In this document: positions 1-7,497 of the stretch, piece by piece
Position numbering within the stretch: the stretch's first letter is position 1
How the letters are laid out: the number at the start of each line of letters is the position of its first letter
Virus record (IMG/VR): IMGVR_UViG_2690316149_000019
Origin: a virus
Lineage: Duplodnaviria; Heunggongvirae; Uroviricota; Caudoviricetes
Strand: one strand, 5' to 3'
Length of the DNA stretch: 33,563 bases
Program-made: the position numbers and the translations under genes
Notes under the pieces: generated by a model
Told to the model about the DNA's origin: nothing
Databases searched by the model: none
Seen by the model: the letters and a program-made list of their open reading frames with translations, nothing else

Positions 1-23
1 TAAACCCTGTTTTCCTTGCCATA

Positions 24-70
24 GACACCATCCCTGTCTTCCCCCACATGATGTGGGGGTTTTTTTTATC
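24..70. repeat. attL: attL core: 47-bp direct repeat shared with 32536-32582, overlapping a rho-independent terminator hairpin (cccccaca/tgtggggg plus T-tract)
   Basis: Seen in sequence: gacaccatccctgtcttcccccacatgatgtggggg(t)ttttttttatc occurs at both prophage ends with a single G/T difference at the stem/T-tract junction. Confidence 0.85.
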
Positions 71-152
71 AATTACTTACATGCAATCAAAAGTAAAAAC
101 AGGTACTTATCGAAAGCTGTAAGGGTTTGGAGCGGTTTCAAAATTTCTTGAG

Positions 153-171
153 TGTGGACACTATGTGGACA
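153..171. promoter_or_regulatory. Two direct TGTGGACA motifs 11 bp apart; candidate arm-type integrase binding sites
   Basis: tgtggacactatgtggaca lies between the attL core and the int stop codon; the same motif pair recurs next to attR at 32468-32486. Confidence 0.45.
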
Positions 172-186
172 CTCAGAGGGGGAAAT

Positions 187-1167
187 TTATAACGTCACTC
201 CGCCTTTTAGTGGATTCAGAGCGACGGCATTTTGCAGATAGTCAGGCGCAAGGTGCGCATAGGCCATCGTCTGCTGAATGCTCGCATGTCCCAGAATCTG
301 TTGCAGTGCGATTATATTGCCCCCATTCATCATGAAATGGCTTGCGAATGTATGCCGCAGGATGTGGGTTGCCTGATTGGGTGGTATATCAGGTTTCACT
401 CTGCGTAAAATCCCGCAAAATTTCTCATAATCAACTTTGAATAATTTGGCGCTGGCCTCCTCTTTAACTTTTTTCTCCAGTTCCTCAGAAATCGGCACGG
501 TTCGCTTTTTACCGTTTTTGGTTTTCAGGAAGGTAACCCTGCAATTTGTAATCTGTGCTGGTTTTAGCGTGGCAACTTCCGTCCATCTTCCTCCGGTGCT
601 CAGACATAAAAGCGCGACAAGTAAGTCATCACCAGCCAAAACATTTAACAGTTTTTCGATTTCTGCTTTTTCCAGGAACGTCATTTCAGGGTTGGCCTCC
701 GCCAGTGGCGGCAGTCCGTGAATTGGGTGTTGCCCGGAAAATTCATCCAATTGAATTAATTTTGTGAACATGCCGGATAATCGGTACATGTCACGGTTTA
801 TCGTTGCGGCACTGATACCATCACGTAGTCGCATGGAACGATAATCCATCAAAGCCCTTTTGCTCATCCTGCTCACTGGTATATCACCTATGCCGCTGAT
901 GGTTTTGAGTAGATGATTAAACTCTTTTGTTCCATGCTCGTGGTTTTGCCCGTGATATTTCCACCAGATGTCCAGCAACTCACTCAAAGTCCGGCGGTCT
1001 GCTCGCTGGCCTCCCCATTCTTTCTGACTGGCATTGGCGATTGTGTATCGCTCAAATGCTAGTGCTTCAGCTTTTCTTTCGAATTTCCTGCGGATGCGTT
1101 TTCCGTCGCGACCGCGAGGTCTAATGTCCACTTCATAGCGACCATCATCGAGCTTCTTAATTGCCAT
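187..1167 (-). CDS. int: Tyrosine-family site-specific integrase (P2 Int-like)
   Basis: The 336-aa ORF contains MAIKKLDDGRYEVDIRP (P2 Int-like N-terminus) and C-terminal catalytic motifs HTLRHTFAS and LGHASIQQTMAYAHL. Start set at the internal ATG (1167), which has a GGAGGG Shine-Dalgarno 9 nt upstream. Confidence 0.9.
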   Translation of the reverse strand: MAIKKLDDGRYEVDIRPRGRDGKRIRRKFERKAEALAFERYTIANASQKEWGGQRADRRTLSELLDIWWKYHGQNHEHGTKEFNHLLKTISGIGDIPVSRMSKRALMDYRSMRLRDGISAATINRDMYRLSGMFTKLIQLDEFSGQHPIHGLPPLAEANPEMTFLEKAEIEKLLNVLAGDDLLVALLCLSTGGRWTEVATLKPAQITNCRVTFLKTKNGKKRTVPISEELEKKVKEEASAKLFKVDYEKFCGILRRVKPDIPPNQATHILRHTFASHFMMNGGNIIALQQILGHASIQQTMAYAHLAPDYLQNAVALNPLKGGVTL

Positions 1168-1236
1168 AAGAAAGCCCTCCGGCGCTGTATTCACCATCTT
1201 GGTAGCAAATGGTGAAAATGTAATCTTTATATAGAG

Positions 1237-1530
1237 TTAGCCAATCCTTTTCGCGGAGTGGTTGGACTCTGTTGACTCTGGCCCAATGTGCGCGAGAGCC
1301 GGTGCGATTTGTCCTGCGTCCGGCGCGGTTTTATCTGTCATAAGCCATAGAGCATATTTTTGGAATGTGGGATGCATAGTGATTTTTAGCAAAGCTGTGC
1401 CACCGGGTTCAAAGTTTCCTCCTTCATATTTTTTAAGTGTGCTTAGCGGTAACTCTATGATTTCACAGAATTTTGATTGGCTTAGCCCTTCAGCCTCACG
1501 CAAGGCCTTAATCTTTTCGCTTAATTTCAT
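1237..1530 (-). CDS. C: Immunity repressor (P2 C-like, XRE-type helix-turn-helix)
   Basis: 97 aa, with an N-terminal HTH (LSQSKFCEIIELPLSTLKKYE) and the P2 C-like C-terminal motif GQIAPALAH. Sits divergent from cox next to int, as in P2. Confidence 0.8.
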   Translation of the reverse strand: MKLSEKIKALREAEGLSQSKFCEIIELPLSTLKKYEGGNFEPGGTALLKITMHPTFQKYALWLMTDKTAPDAGQIAPALAHIGPESTESNHSAKRIG

Positions 1531-1589
1531 TTGACATGGTGCCTATATAGGGACTAAATTCCCTCAAAACTGGAACCTATATAGGTTCC
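1531..1589 (+). promoter_or_regulatory. Early rightward promoter (Pe-like) with two CCTATATAGG operator repeats
   Basis: TTGACA at 1531-1536 and TAAATT at 1555-1560 with 18-bp spacing. CCTATATAGG occurs at 1542-1551 and again inside the perfect 18-bp palindrome ggaacctatataggttcc (1572-1589). Confidence 0.55.
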
Positions 1590-1651
1590 ATTGATTTGAG
1601 AATAAACCAGCATCTAAACGGTTTTGAGTGGTTTAGAAAGGGCTGGATCCT

Positions 1652-1939
1652 ATGAGGGTACCATATATGGACGCTGAAAATTATGTGATTCAGTATCCGC
1701 TTGATGCGGTTCATGTGGATAAATTTGCTGATTTATTAGGGAAGCCAAAGACAGCCGTCAGTGAAATGGTGAAGGCAAATAAATTACCAATTATTGAATT
1801 GCGTGATCCTTGCAAACCGAAGGCTCGTGCCGGTGAAAAATGGGTTTTCATTCCTGAGTTTAATCGCGCTGTACGTGAGGCGTTTTATAACCGACCGGTT
1901 GAACAGCGTGATGCATGGCTTTTGTGGATGGGGTTGTGA
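1652..1939 (+). CDS. cox: Cox-like excisionase / early transcriptional regulator
   Basis: 95-aa ORF, first gene of the rightward early operon and divergent from C, in the P2 cox position. Confidence 0.7.
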   Translation: MRVPYMDAENYVIQYPLDAVHVDKFADLLGKPKTAVSEMVKANKLPIIELRDPCKPKARAGEKWVFIPEFNRAVREAFYNRPVEQRDAWLLWMGL

Positions 1940-1941
1940 TT

Positions 1942-2112
1942 ATGAATGAGCCGCGTTGTATTGCTCAGTTATTGCGTAACGAAAGCCCCAGGGCGATTGA
2001 CTTCACCATCACCCACGGTAAGGGGCGTAAGGGAATCATTATCCGCACCAAAAAACAGAGTCCGTTAAAAAAGGCTCTGACCTTTCTGAAAAGCCGGAGG
2101 GTATGGAAATGA
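1942..2112 (+). CDS. Small hypothetical early protein
   Basis: 56-aa ORF from the ATG that overlaps the cox stop (TGATTATG) to the start of B; no recognisable motif. Confidence 0.35.
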   Translation: MNEPRCIAQLLRNESPRAIDFTITHGKGRKGIIIRTKKQSPLKKALTFLKSRRVWK

Positions 2113-2609
2113 CAGTGATGACGCTCAATCTCGTTGAAAAACAGCCAGCAGCTATGCGCCGGATAATTGGCAAGCATCTTGCCGTCCCTCGCTGGCAGGA
2201 TACATGTGATTATTATAATCAGATGATGGAGCGCGAACGGCTAACGGTTTGCTTTCATGCACAGTTAAAACAGCGTCACGCAACGATGCGTTTTGAAGAA
2301 ATGAACGACGTCGAACGTGAACGACTGGTTTGTGCAATTGATGAATTGCGTGGCGCATTCTCAAAACGCCGTCAGGTCGGCGCAAGTGAGTATGCATATA
2401 TTAGTTTTTTAACAGTCAGTCAGCGTCGTACTTTATTTATGCATGCGGGATTGACAGAAAAAGAATTCAATCAGCCGTACTGGCGAATTAATGAAGAATC
2501 ATGTTACTGGCGTGATGCTTTATTCCGTGCATTACGTGAATTATTCAGTCTGTTTGAGTATGCACCGACAATTCTGACGTCGGTAAAACCAGAGCAATAT
2601 CTGCATTAA
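2109..2609 (+). CDS. B: Replication protein B (helicase loader)
   Basis: Translation MTVMTLNLVEKQPAAMRRIIGKHLAVPRWQDTCDYYNQMMERERL matches my recollection of P2 gpB; 166 aa from ATG 2109. An alternative start at 2103 cannot be excluded. Confidence 0.85.
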   Translation: MTVMTLNLVEKQPAAMRRIIGKHLAVPRWQDTCDYYNQMMERERLTVCFHAQLKQRHATMRFEEMNDVERERLVCAIDELRGAFSKRRQVGASEYAYISFLTVSQRRTLFMHAGLTEKEFNQPYWRINEESCYWRDALFRALRELFSLFEYAPTILTSVKPEQYLH

Positions 2610-2672
2610 ATAATTAACCAGAGTTTTTAACGCACTTAATCGTGCGGGGCTTCTTTTTGCCTGGAGAAAGTC

Positions 2673-2897
2673 ATGCATACAGTTTCTGAAAATCAGTGCG
2701 GTAAATACGCATTACTGCTGCAACAGGCCAGAACCGAAGCACAGGCCGACGCTGCGACGCGCTTTTCTTCTCATCTTGACGCCATGATTCGCCACATCAC
2801 AAAGGCGGAGTTATCCCGCGTGGAGATAGTTGAGCTGCTCAGTCAGGAGTCGGAAAAATTTCACAATATCGGATTGTCTCGCGGGGAGGTGCTTTGA
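2673..2897 (+). CDS. Small early protein (P2 orf80 position)
   Basis: 74-aa ORF in the B-to-A operon; function unknown. Confidence 0.6.
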   Translation: MHTVSENQCGKYALLLQQARTEAQADAATRFSSHLDAMIRHITKAELSRVEIVELLSQESEKFHNIGLSRGEVL

Positions 2898-3199
2898 TGT
2901 CCTGTTCTCGTTCGGTTGTATTACTGAATAACGCCTTAAAAATCGCCGTTATGAAAAATGGTGATTTGTCTCTTATTCAACTTGGTATTGATAAAGAGAA
3001 GCGCGAAATAACTGAATCTGTTATCGCGATTTATCAGAGTGAATTAAACCTCCTGTCTGATGTGGTCAATTTACTTGTTAAACGCGCTGTATTCCACAAG
3101 CAAATTTCCTCAGTGGATGAACTGACAAAATTAACGACAGAACTCGCCAGTTATTGCGCTGATGAATTTAAGAAGCTGAACGACAAAAGGAGCTGGTAA
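2894..3199 (+). CDS. Small early protein (P2 orf81 position)
   Basis: 101-aa ORF whose start overlaps the upstream stop (ATGA), suggesting translational coupling. Confidence 0.6.
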   Translation: MMSCSRSVVLLNNALKIAVMKNGDLSLIQLGIDKEKREITESVIAIYQSELNLLSDVVNLLVKRAVFHKQISSVDELTKLTTELASYCADEFKKLNDKRSW

Positions 3200-3423
3200 T
3201 GCCGGACAACGTGGATTTTATTCAGGAACAACAGGCTGAATTACTGGAGCGCCAGATTAACGCGGCAAGGGTAAAACATTGCGGTGTTTCTGCGCTGGTT
3301 TGCGAAGAGTGTGACGCGCCAATACCTGCTGCCCGTCGTGCGGCTTATCCGTCAGCCACGCGTTGTGTTTCCTGTCAGTCAGTCTTTGAAGCAAAAAACA
3401 AACATTACCGGAGAACGGCATGA
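3199..3423 (+). CDS. TraR/DksA-family C4 zinc-finger protein (P2 orf82 position)
   Basis: 74 aa with a C-x2-C ... C-x2-C arrangement (CEECDAPIP...CVSCQ) typical of TraR/DksA-type zinc fingers. Confidence 0.65.
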   Translation: MPDNVDFIQEQQAELLERQINAARVKHCGVSALVCEECDAPIPAARRAAYPSATRCVSCQSVFEAKNKHYRRTA

Positions 3424-3695
3424 GTATTCGTATTGAAATTGGCGAACGTTATGTCGTTACCAGTGACAGCTTTCAGTTTATTCTCCACGAGAAAAAGAGA
3501 GCGGAAAGCGGTAAAAACGCCGGTCAGGAATGGCTGGCGGTGGTTGGTTATTACCCGAAATTAGGCCAGCTCGTTTCCGGCCTGATGCATCACGATATTC
3601 TGACCGGAAGCGCAAAATCTTTTGCTGATTTAAACGCGCAGGTTGAGCAACTCAGCAAGCGTTGTTCAGAGGCTTTTGGCTCATATGGCCGTTAA
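3420..3695 (+). CDS. Small early protein (P2 orf83 position)
   Basis: 91-aa ORF overlapping its neighbours by a few nucleotides. Confidence 0.6.
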   Translation: MSIRIEIGERYVVTSDSFQFILHEKKRAESGKNAGQEWLAVVGYYPKLGQLVSGLMHHDILTGSAKSFADLNAQVEQLSKRCSEAFGSYGR

Positions 3696-5970
3696 AGCCT
3701 CCGGGCGTTTTGTCCCTCCGTCAGCATTTACCGCAGGCACCGGTAAGGCGTTTACCGGTGCTTATGCATGGAACGCGCCACGCGAGGCTGTCGGGCGCGA
3801 AAGACCTCTTACACGTGACGAGATGCGTCAGGTGCAAGGTGTTTTATCCACGATTAACCGCCTGCCTTACTTTTTGCGCTCGCTGTTTACTTCACGCTAT
3901 GACTACATCCGGCGCAATAAAAGCCCGGTGCACGGGTTTTATTTCCTCACATCTACTTTTCAGCGTCGTTTATGGCCGCGCATTGAGCGTGTGAATCAGC
4001 GCCATGAAATGAACACCGACGCGTCGTTGCTGTTTCTGGCAGAGCGTGACCACTATGCGCGCCTGCCGGGAATGAATGACAAGGAGCTGAAAAAGTTTGC
4101 CGCCCGTATCTCATCGCAGCTTTTCATGATGTATGAGGAACTCTGCGATGCATGGGTTGATGCGCATGGTGAAAAAGAATCGCTGTTTACGGATGAGGCG
4201 CAGGCTCACCTGTATGGTCATGTTGCTGGCGCTGCACGTGCTTTCAATATTTCCCCGCTCTACTGGAAAAAATACCGTAAAGGACAGATGACCACGAGGC
4301 AGGCATATTCTGCCATTGCCCGCCTGTTTAACGATGAGTGGTGGACTCATCAGCTTAAAGGCCAGCGTATGCGCTGGCATGAGGCGTTACTGATAGCTGT
4401 CGGGGAGGTCAATAAAGACCGTTCTCCTTATGCCAGTAAACACGCCATTCGTGATGTGCGTGCGCGCCGCCAGGCAAATCTGGAATTTCTTAAATCGTGT
4501 GACCTTGAAAACAGGGAAACCGGCGAGCGCATCGACCTTATCAGTAAGGTGATGGGCAGTATTTCTAATCCTGAAATTCGCCGGATGGAGCTGATGAACA
4601 CCATTGCCGGTATTGAGCGTTACGCCGCCGCAGAGGGTGATGTGGGGATGTTTATCACGCTGACCGCGCCGTCAAAGTATCACCCGACACGTCAGGTCGG
4701 AAAAGGCGAAAGTAAAACCGTTCAGCTTAATCACGGCTGGAACGATGAGGCATTTAATCCAAAGGATGCGCAGCGTTATCTCTGCCGTATCTGGAGCCTG
4801 ATGCGCACGGCATTCAAGGATAATGATTTACAGGTCTACGGTTTGCGAGTCGTCGAGCCACACCACGACGGAACGCCGCACTGGCATATGATGCTTTTTT
4901 GTCATCCACGCCAGCGTAACCAGATTATCGAAATCATGCGTCGCTATGCGCTCAAAGAGGATGGCGACGAAAGAGGAGCCGCGCGAAACCGTTTTCAGGC
5001 AAAACACCTTAACCGGGGCGGTGCTGCGGGATATATCGCGAAATACATTTCAAAAAACATCGACGGCTATGCACTGGATGGTCAGCTCGATAACGACACC
5101 GGCAGGCCGCTGAAAGACACTGCAGCGGCTGTTACCGCATGGGCGTCAACGTGGCGCATCCCGCAATTTAAAACGGTTGGCCTGCCGACAATGGGGGCTT
5201 ACCGTGAACTACGCAAATTGCCTCGCGGCGTCAGCATTGCTGATGAGTTTGACGAGCGCGTCGAGGCTGCACGCGCCGCCGCAGACAGTGGTGATTTTGC
5301 GCTGTATATCAGCGCGCAGGGCGGGGCAAATGTCCCGCGCGATTGTCAGACTGTCAGGGTCGCCCGTAGTCTGTCGGATGACGTTAACGAGTACGAGGAA
5401 GAAGTCGAGAGAGTGGTCGGCATTTACGCGCCGCATCTCGGCGCGCGTCATATTCATATCACCAGAACGACGGACTGGCGCATTGTGCCGAAAGTTCCAG
5501 TCGTTGAGCCTTTGACTTTAAAAAGCGGCATCGCCGCGCCTCGGAGTCCTGTCAATAACTGTGGAAAGCTCACTGGTGGTGATACTTCGTTACCGGCTCC
5601 CACGCCTTCTGAGCACGCCGCAGCCGTGCTTAATCTGGTTGATGACGGTGTTATCGAATGGAATGACCCGGAGGTCGTGAGGGCGCTCAGGGGCGCATTA
5701 AAACACGGCCTGCGAACGCCAAACCGTCAGCAAAGAAACGGAAGCCCGTTAAAACCGCATGAAATTGCGCCATCGGCCAGACTGACCCGGTCGGAAAGAA
5801 TGCAAATTACCCGTATCCGCGTTGACCTTGCTCAGAACGGTATCAGGCCGCAGCGATGGGAGCTTGAGGCGCTGGCGCGTGGCGCGATCGTAAATTATGA
5901 CGGGAAAAAATTCACGTATCCGGTCGCTGATGAGTGGCCGGGATTCTCAACAGTAATGGAGTGGACATAA
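3685..5970 (+). CDS. A: Rolling-circle replication initiator endonuclease A (HUH superfamily)
   Basis: Contains the HUH metal-binding motif (EPHHDGTPHWHMMLF) and the catalytic tyrosine motif (YIAKYISKNIDGY). 761 aa from ATG 3685; the six-frame ORF start at 3643 is an upstream in-frame extension that overlaps the preceding gene. Confidence 0.93.
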   Translation: MAVKASGRFVPPSAFTAGTGKAFTGAYAWNAPREAVGRERPLTRDEMRQVQGVLSTINRLPYFLRSLFTSRYDYIRRNKSPVHGFYFLTSTFQRRLWPRIERVNQRHEMNTDASLLFLAERDHYARLPGMNDKELKKFAARISSQLFMMYEELCDAWVDAHGEKESLFTDEAQAHLYGHVAGAARAFNISPLYWKKYRKGQMTTRQAYSAIARLFNDEWWTHQLKGQRMRWHEALLIAVGEVNKDRSPYASKHAIRDVRARRQANLEFLKSCDLENRETGERIDLISKVMGSISNPEIRRMELMNTIAGIERYAAAEGDVGMFITLTAPSKYHPTRQVGKGESKTVQLNHGWNDEAFNPKDAQRYLCRIWSLMRTAFKDNDLQVYGLRVVEPHHDGTPHWHMMLFCHPRQRNQIIEIMRRYALKEDGDERGAARNRFQAKHLNRGGAAGYIAKYISKNIDGYALDGQLDNDTGRPLKDTAAAVTAWASTWRIPQFKTVGLPTMGAYRELRKLPRGVSIADEFDERVEAARAAADSGDFALYISAQGGANVPRDCQTVRVARSLSDDVNEYEEEVERVVGIYAPHLGARHIHITRTTDWRIVPKVPVVEPLTLKSGIAAPRSPVNNCGKLTGGDTSLPAPTPSEHAAAVLNLVDDGVIEWNDPEVVRALRGALKHGLRTPNRQQRNGSPLKPHEIAPSARLTRSERMQITRIRVDLAQNGIRPQRWELEALARGAIVNYDGKKFTYPVADEWPGFSTVMEWT

Positions 5971-6422
5971 TGGCAAAAATTCACGAGGTAAAGCTGCACG
6001 CAAAATATTTCGACCTTGTGCTGGAAGGAAAGAAACGCGCAGAGTTTCGGAAAAATGACCGTAATTATGAGCGCGGGGACACGTTGATTTTGCATGAATG
6101 GGTGCAGGGTGTGTATACGGGGCGAAAGGTTGAAGCCCGGATAACAGATGTTACTGACCTGTCAGACTGGCTGGAAGATTATGTCTTGCTAAGTATTGAG
6201 CTGCTTAATACAGGTGCATATGAGATTGTGAACTGGAAAGAACTTAGTGAGCGTGGTCTGGTATTCAGAATTAATCATGAAATTATGCATCAGCTCGGCC
6301 TTGCTGTTATGTATGAACCAGAGACGGGGATGTCTGGCGGGGCAATGGTTGCCACGGATGGAGCATGGAACTATTCAGATGAACAGATGGAGCGTGCACA
6401 GCAAAACGGGTGGCTTGGATAA
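5970..6422 (+). CDS. Accessory protein with N-terminal ASCH/DUF3850-like (PUA-fold) domain and unknown C-terminal half
   Basis: N-terminus MAKIHEVKLHAKYFDLVLEGKKRAEFRKNDRNYERGDTLILHEW resembles DUF3850/ASCH domains. Start overlaps the A stop (TAATG). Occupies the position where P2 carries orf91/tin/old. Confidence 0.6.
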   Translation: MAKIHEVKLHAKYFDLVLEGKKRAEFRKNDRNYERGDTLILHEWVQGVYTGRKVEARITDVTDLSDWLEDYVLLSIELLNTGAYEIVNWKELSERGLVFRINHEIMHQLGLAVMYEPETGMSGGAMVATDGAWNYSDEQMERAQQNGWLG

Positions 6423-6655
6423 TGCACAGAATGCCAGGCGAGATACCGCACCATAAAACTAAAAATATCAAGCTGATGGCTGTTGTTCACCGTCTACAGC
6501 AGATTATGGTCAACGAAAATCTGACGCCCGATGAGCTGGTCGGGTGTGCCGAAATAGTCCGGGATAATTACAGACGGTTTAACGATATCAGTAGACAGAA
6601 AAGTGAGACATTTCGGCCAGCTAACATGCCAAAACCACCACCACGCAGGCCGTAG
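6422..6655 (+). CDS. Small hypothetical protein
   Basis: 77-aa ORF, start overlapping the upstream stop (TAATG); proline- and basic-rich C-terminus, no recognisable domain. Could be spurious. Confidence 0.35.
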   Translation: MHRMPGEIPHHKTKNIKLMAVVHRLQQIMVNENLTPDELVGCAEIVRDNYRRFNDISRQKSETFRPANMPKPPPRRP

Positions 6656-6888
6656 AGAACCCCGCTATCCATGAAACTTGCTTTCAGGGAGGCGGGTTGA
6701 ATAAAAGTAGCTTTGCCGAAAAGTCTAACTATCTTGGTTTTTGCTGGTCCAAAGTTAATAAACAAACCTGCTTGTATGCAGCGGGTTTCCATATTGCCGT
6801 TTCGTATGCATGCCGCACCGTGCAAAGAGTATGAAAAATGTTATGGAAAAACGGGGATTAGTGTTATATTAATGGCTGAAAAGTGGTC

Positions 6889-6917
6889 TTGACACAGGTT
6901 GTTGTGTGTGGTAAGGC
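6889..6917 (+). promoter_or_regulatory. Candidate sigma70 promoter for the peptidase gene
   Basis: TTGACA at 6889-6894 followed 17 nt later by a weak -10 (TAAGGC); AGGAGG Shine-Dalgarno at 6944-6949 before ATG 6954. Confidence 0.3.
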
Positions 6918-6953
6918 TGTATCCCTTTGGCATTCAAAATGTAGGAGGCAACC

Positions 6954-7430
6954 ATGAGCATCGCAGCTAAAAATCTGCTTAATCGCTATTGGGATCGCCG
7001 ACTACCTGTCGATCCGTTTAAGCTCGCCGCAGCGTGGGGTGCAAGAGTGGAGCCGCTCAGGGAACCAGCGAATGGGTTAAGTGGTTCAGCCGTAATAGAA
7101 AATGGCATACCTTATATTTATTTTAACTCAAATGAACATTACAACCGCCAACGCTTTACTGTAGCGCATGAGCTCGGTCATCATGTTTTAGGGCATACTC
7201 AAGACGGAGAATATCATCGCGATATTGTAGGCAACTACTCAACTGGCATCCGTGATTATCGTGAAATAGAAGCTAACCAGTTTGCTGCAGAGCTATTGAT
7301 GCCGGAAGAGGCCATTCGTCAACTAGTGTCGCGTATAGGCGTTGATAGTACATTACGTTTGGCAAACATATTTAACGTTTCTGAGGCTGCTATGCACTGG
7401 CGTCTTAAAGCGTTGGGTATGGCTTACTAA
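6954..7430 (+). CDS. ImmA/IrrE-family (COG2856-like) zinc metallopeptidase
   Basis: HEXXH motif in FTVAHELGHHVLGH and a downstream glutamate-containing motif (EANQFAAELLMP). 158 aa with a strong AGGAGG ribosome-binding site. Confidence 0.75.
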   Translation: MSIAAKNLLNRYWDRRLPVDPFKLAAAWGARVEPLREPANGLSGSAVIENGIPYIYFNSNEHYNRQRFTVAHELGHHVLGHTQDGEYHRDIVGNYSTGIRDYREIEANQFAAELLMPEEAIRQLVSRIGVDSTLRLANIFNVSEAAMHWRLKALGMAY

Positions 7431-7460
7431 TACCCTCTTTAACTTTTTTCAAACCGGTTT

Positions 7461-7495
7461 AAAATCACCATTATTTTATTAATAATGGTGATTTT
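7461..7495. promoter_or_regulatory. Perfect 15-bp inverted repeat (aaaatcaccattatt / aataatggtgatttt, 5-nt loop) abutting the ATG of the membrane-protein gene
   Basis: Seen in sequence. Preceded by the 10-bp palindrome aaaccggttt (7451-7460) and followed by a T-run; the right arm contains the only Shine-Dalgarno-like element (GGTGA) for ATG 7498. Confidence 0.6.
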
Positions 7496-7497
7496 TT

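Noticed and set aside
24-70. tRNA or tmRNA 3' end as integration target
   Set aside because: No T-loop or acceptor-stem features (no GGTTCGAATCC-like motif or CCA end); the core is a simple GC hairpin plus T-tract, that is, a terminator.
3643-3684. N-terminal extension of gene A from the six-frame ORF start
   Set aside because: It overlaps the end of the upstream small gene; the ATG at 3685 gives the P2 gpA N-terminus (MAVKASGRF) and the expected 761-aa length.
6568-6825. 85-aa minus-strand ORF in the spacer between the small ORF and the peptidase gene
   Set aside because: It overlaps the 3' end of the plus-strand ORF and the promoter region and has no ribosome-binding site; more likely non-coding, though a small antisense gene cannot be fully excluded.
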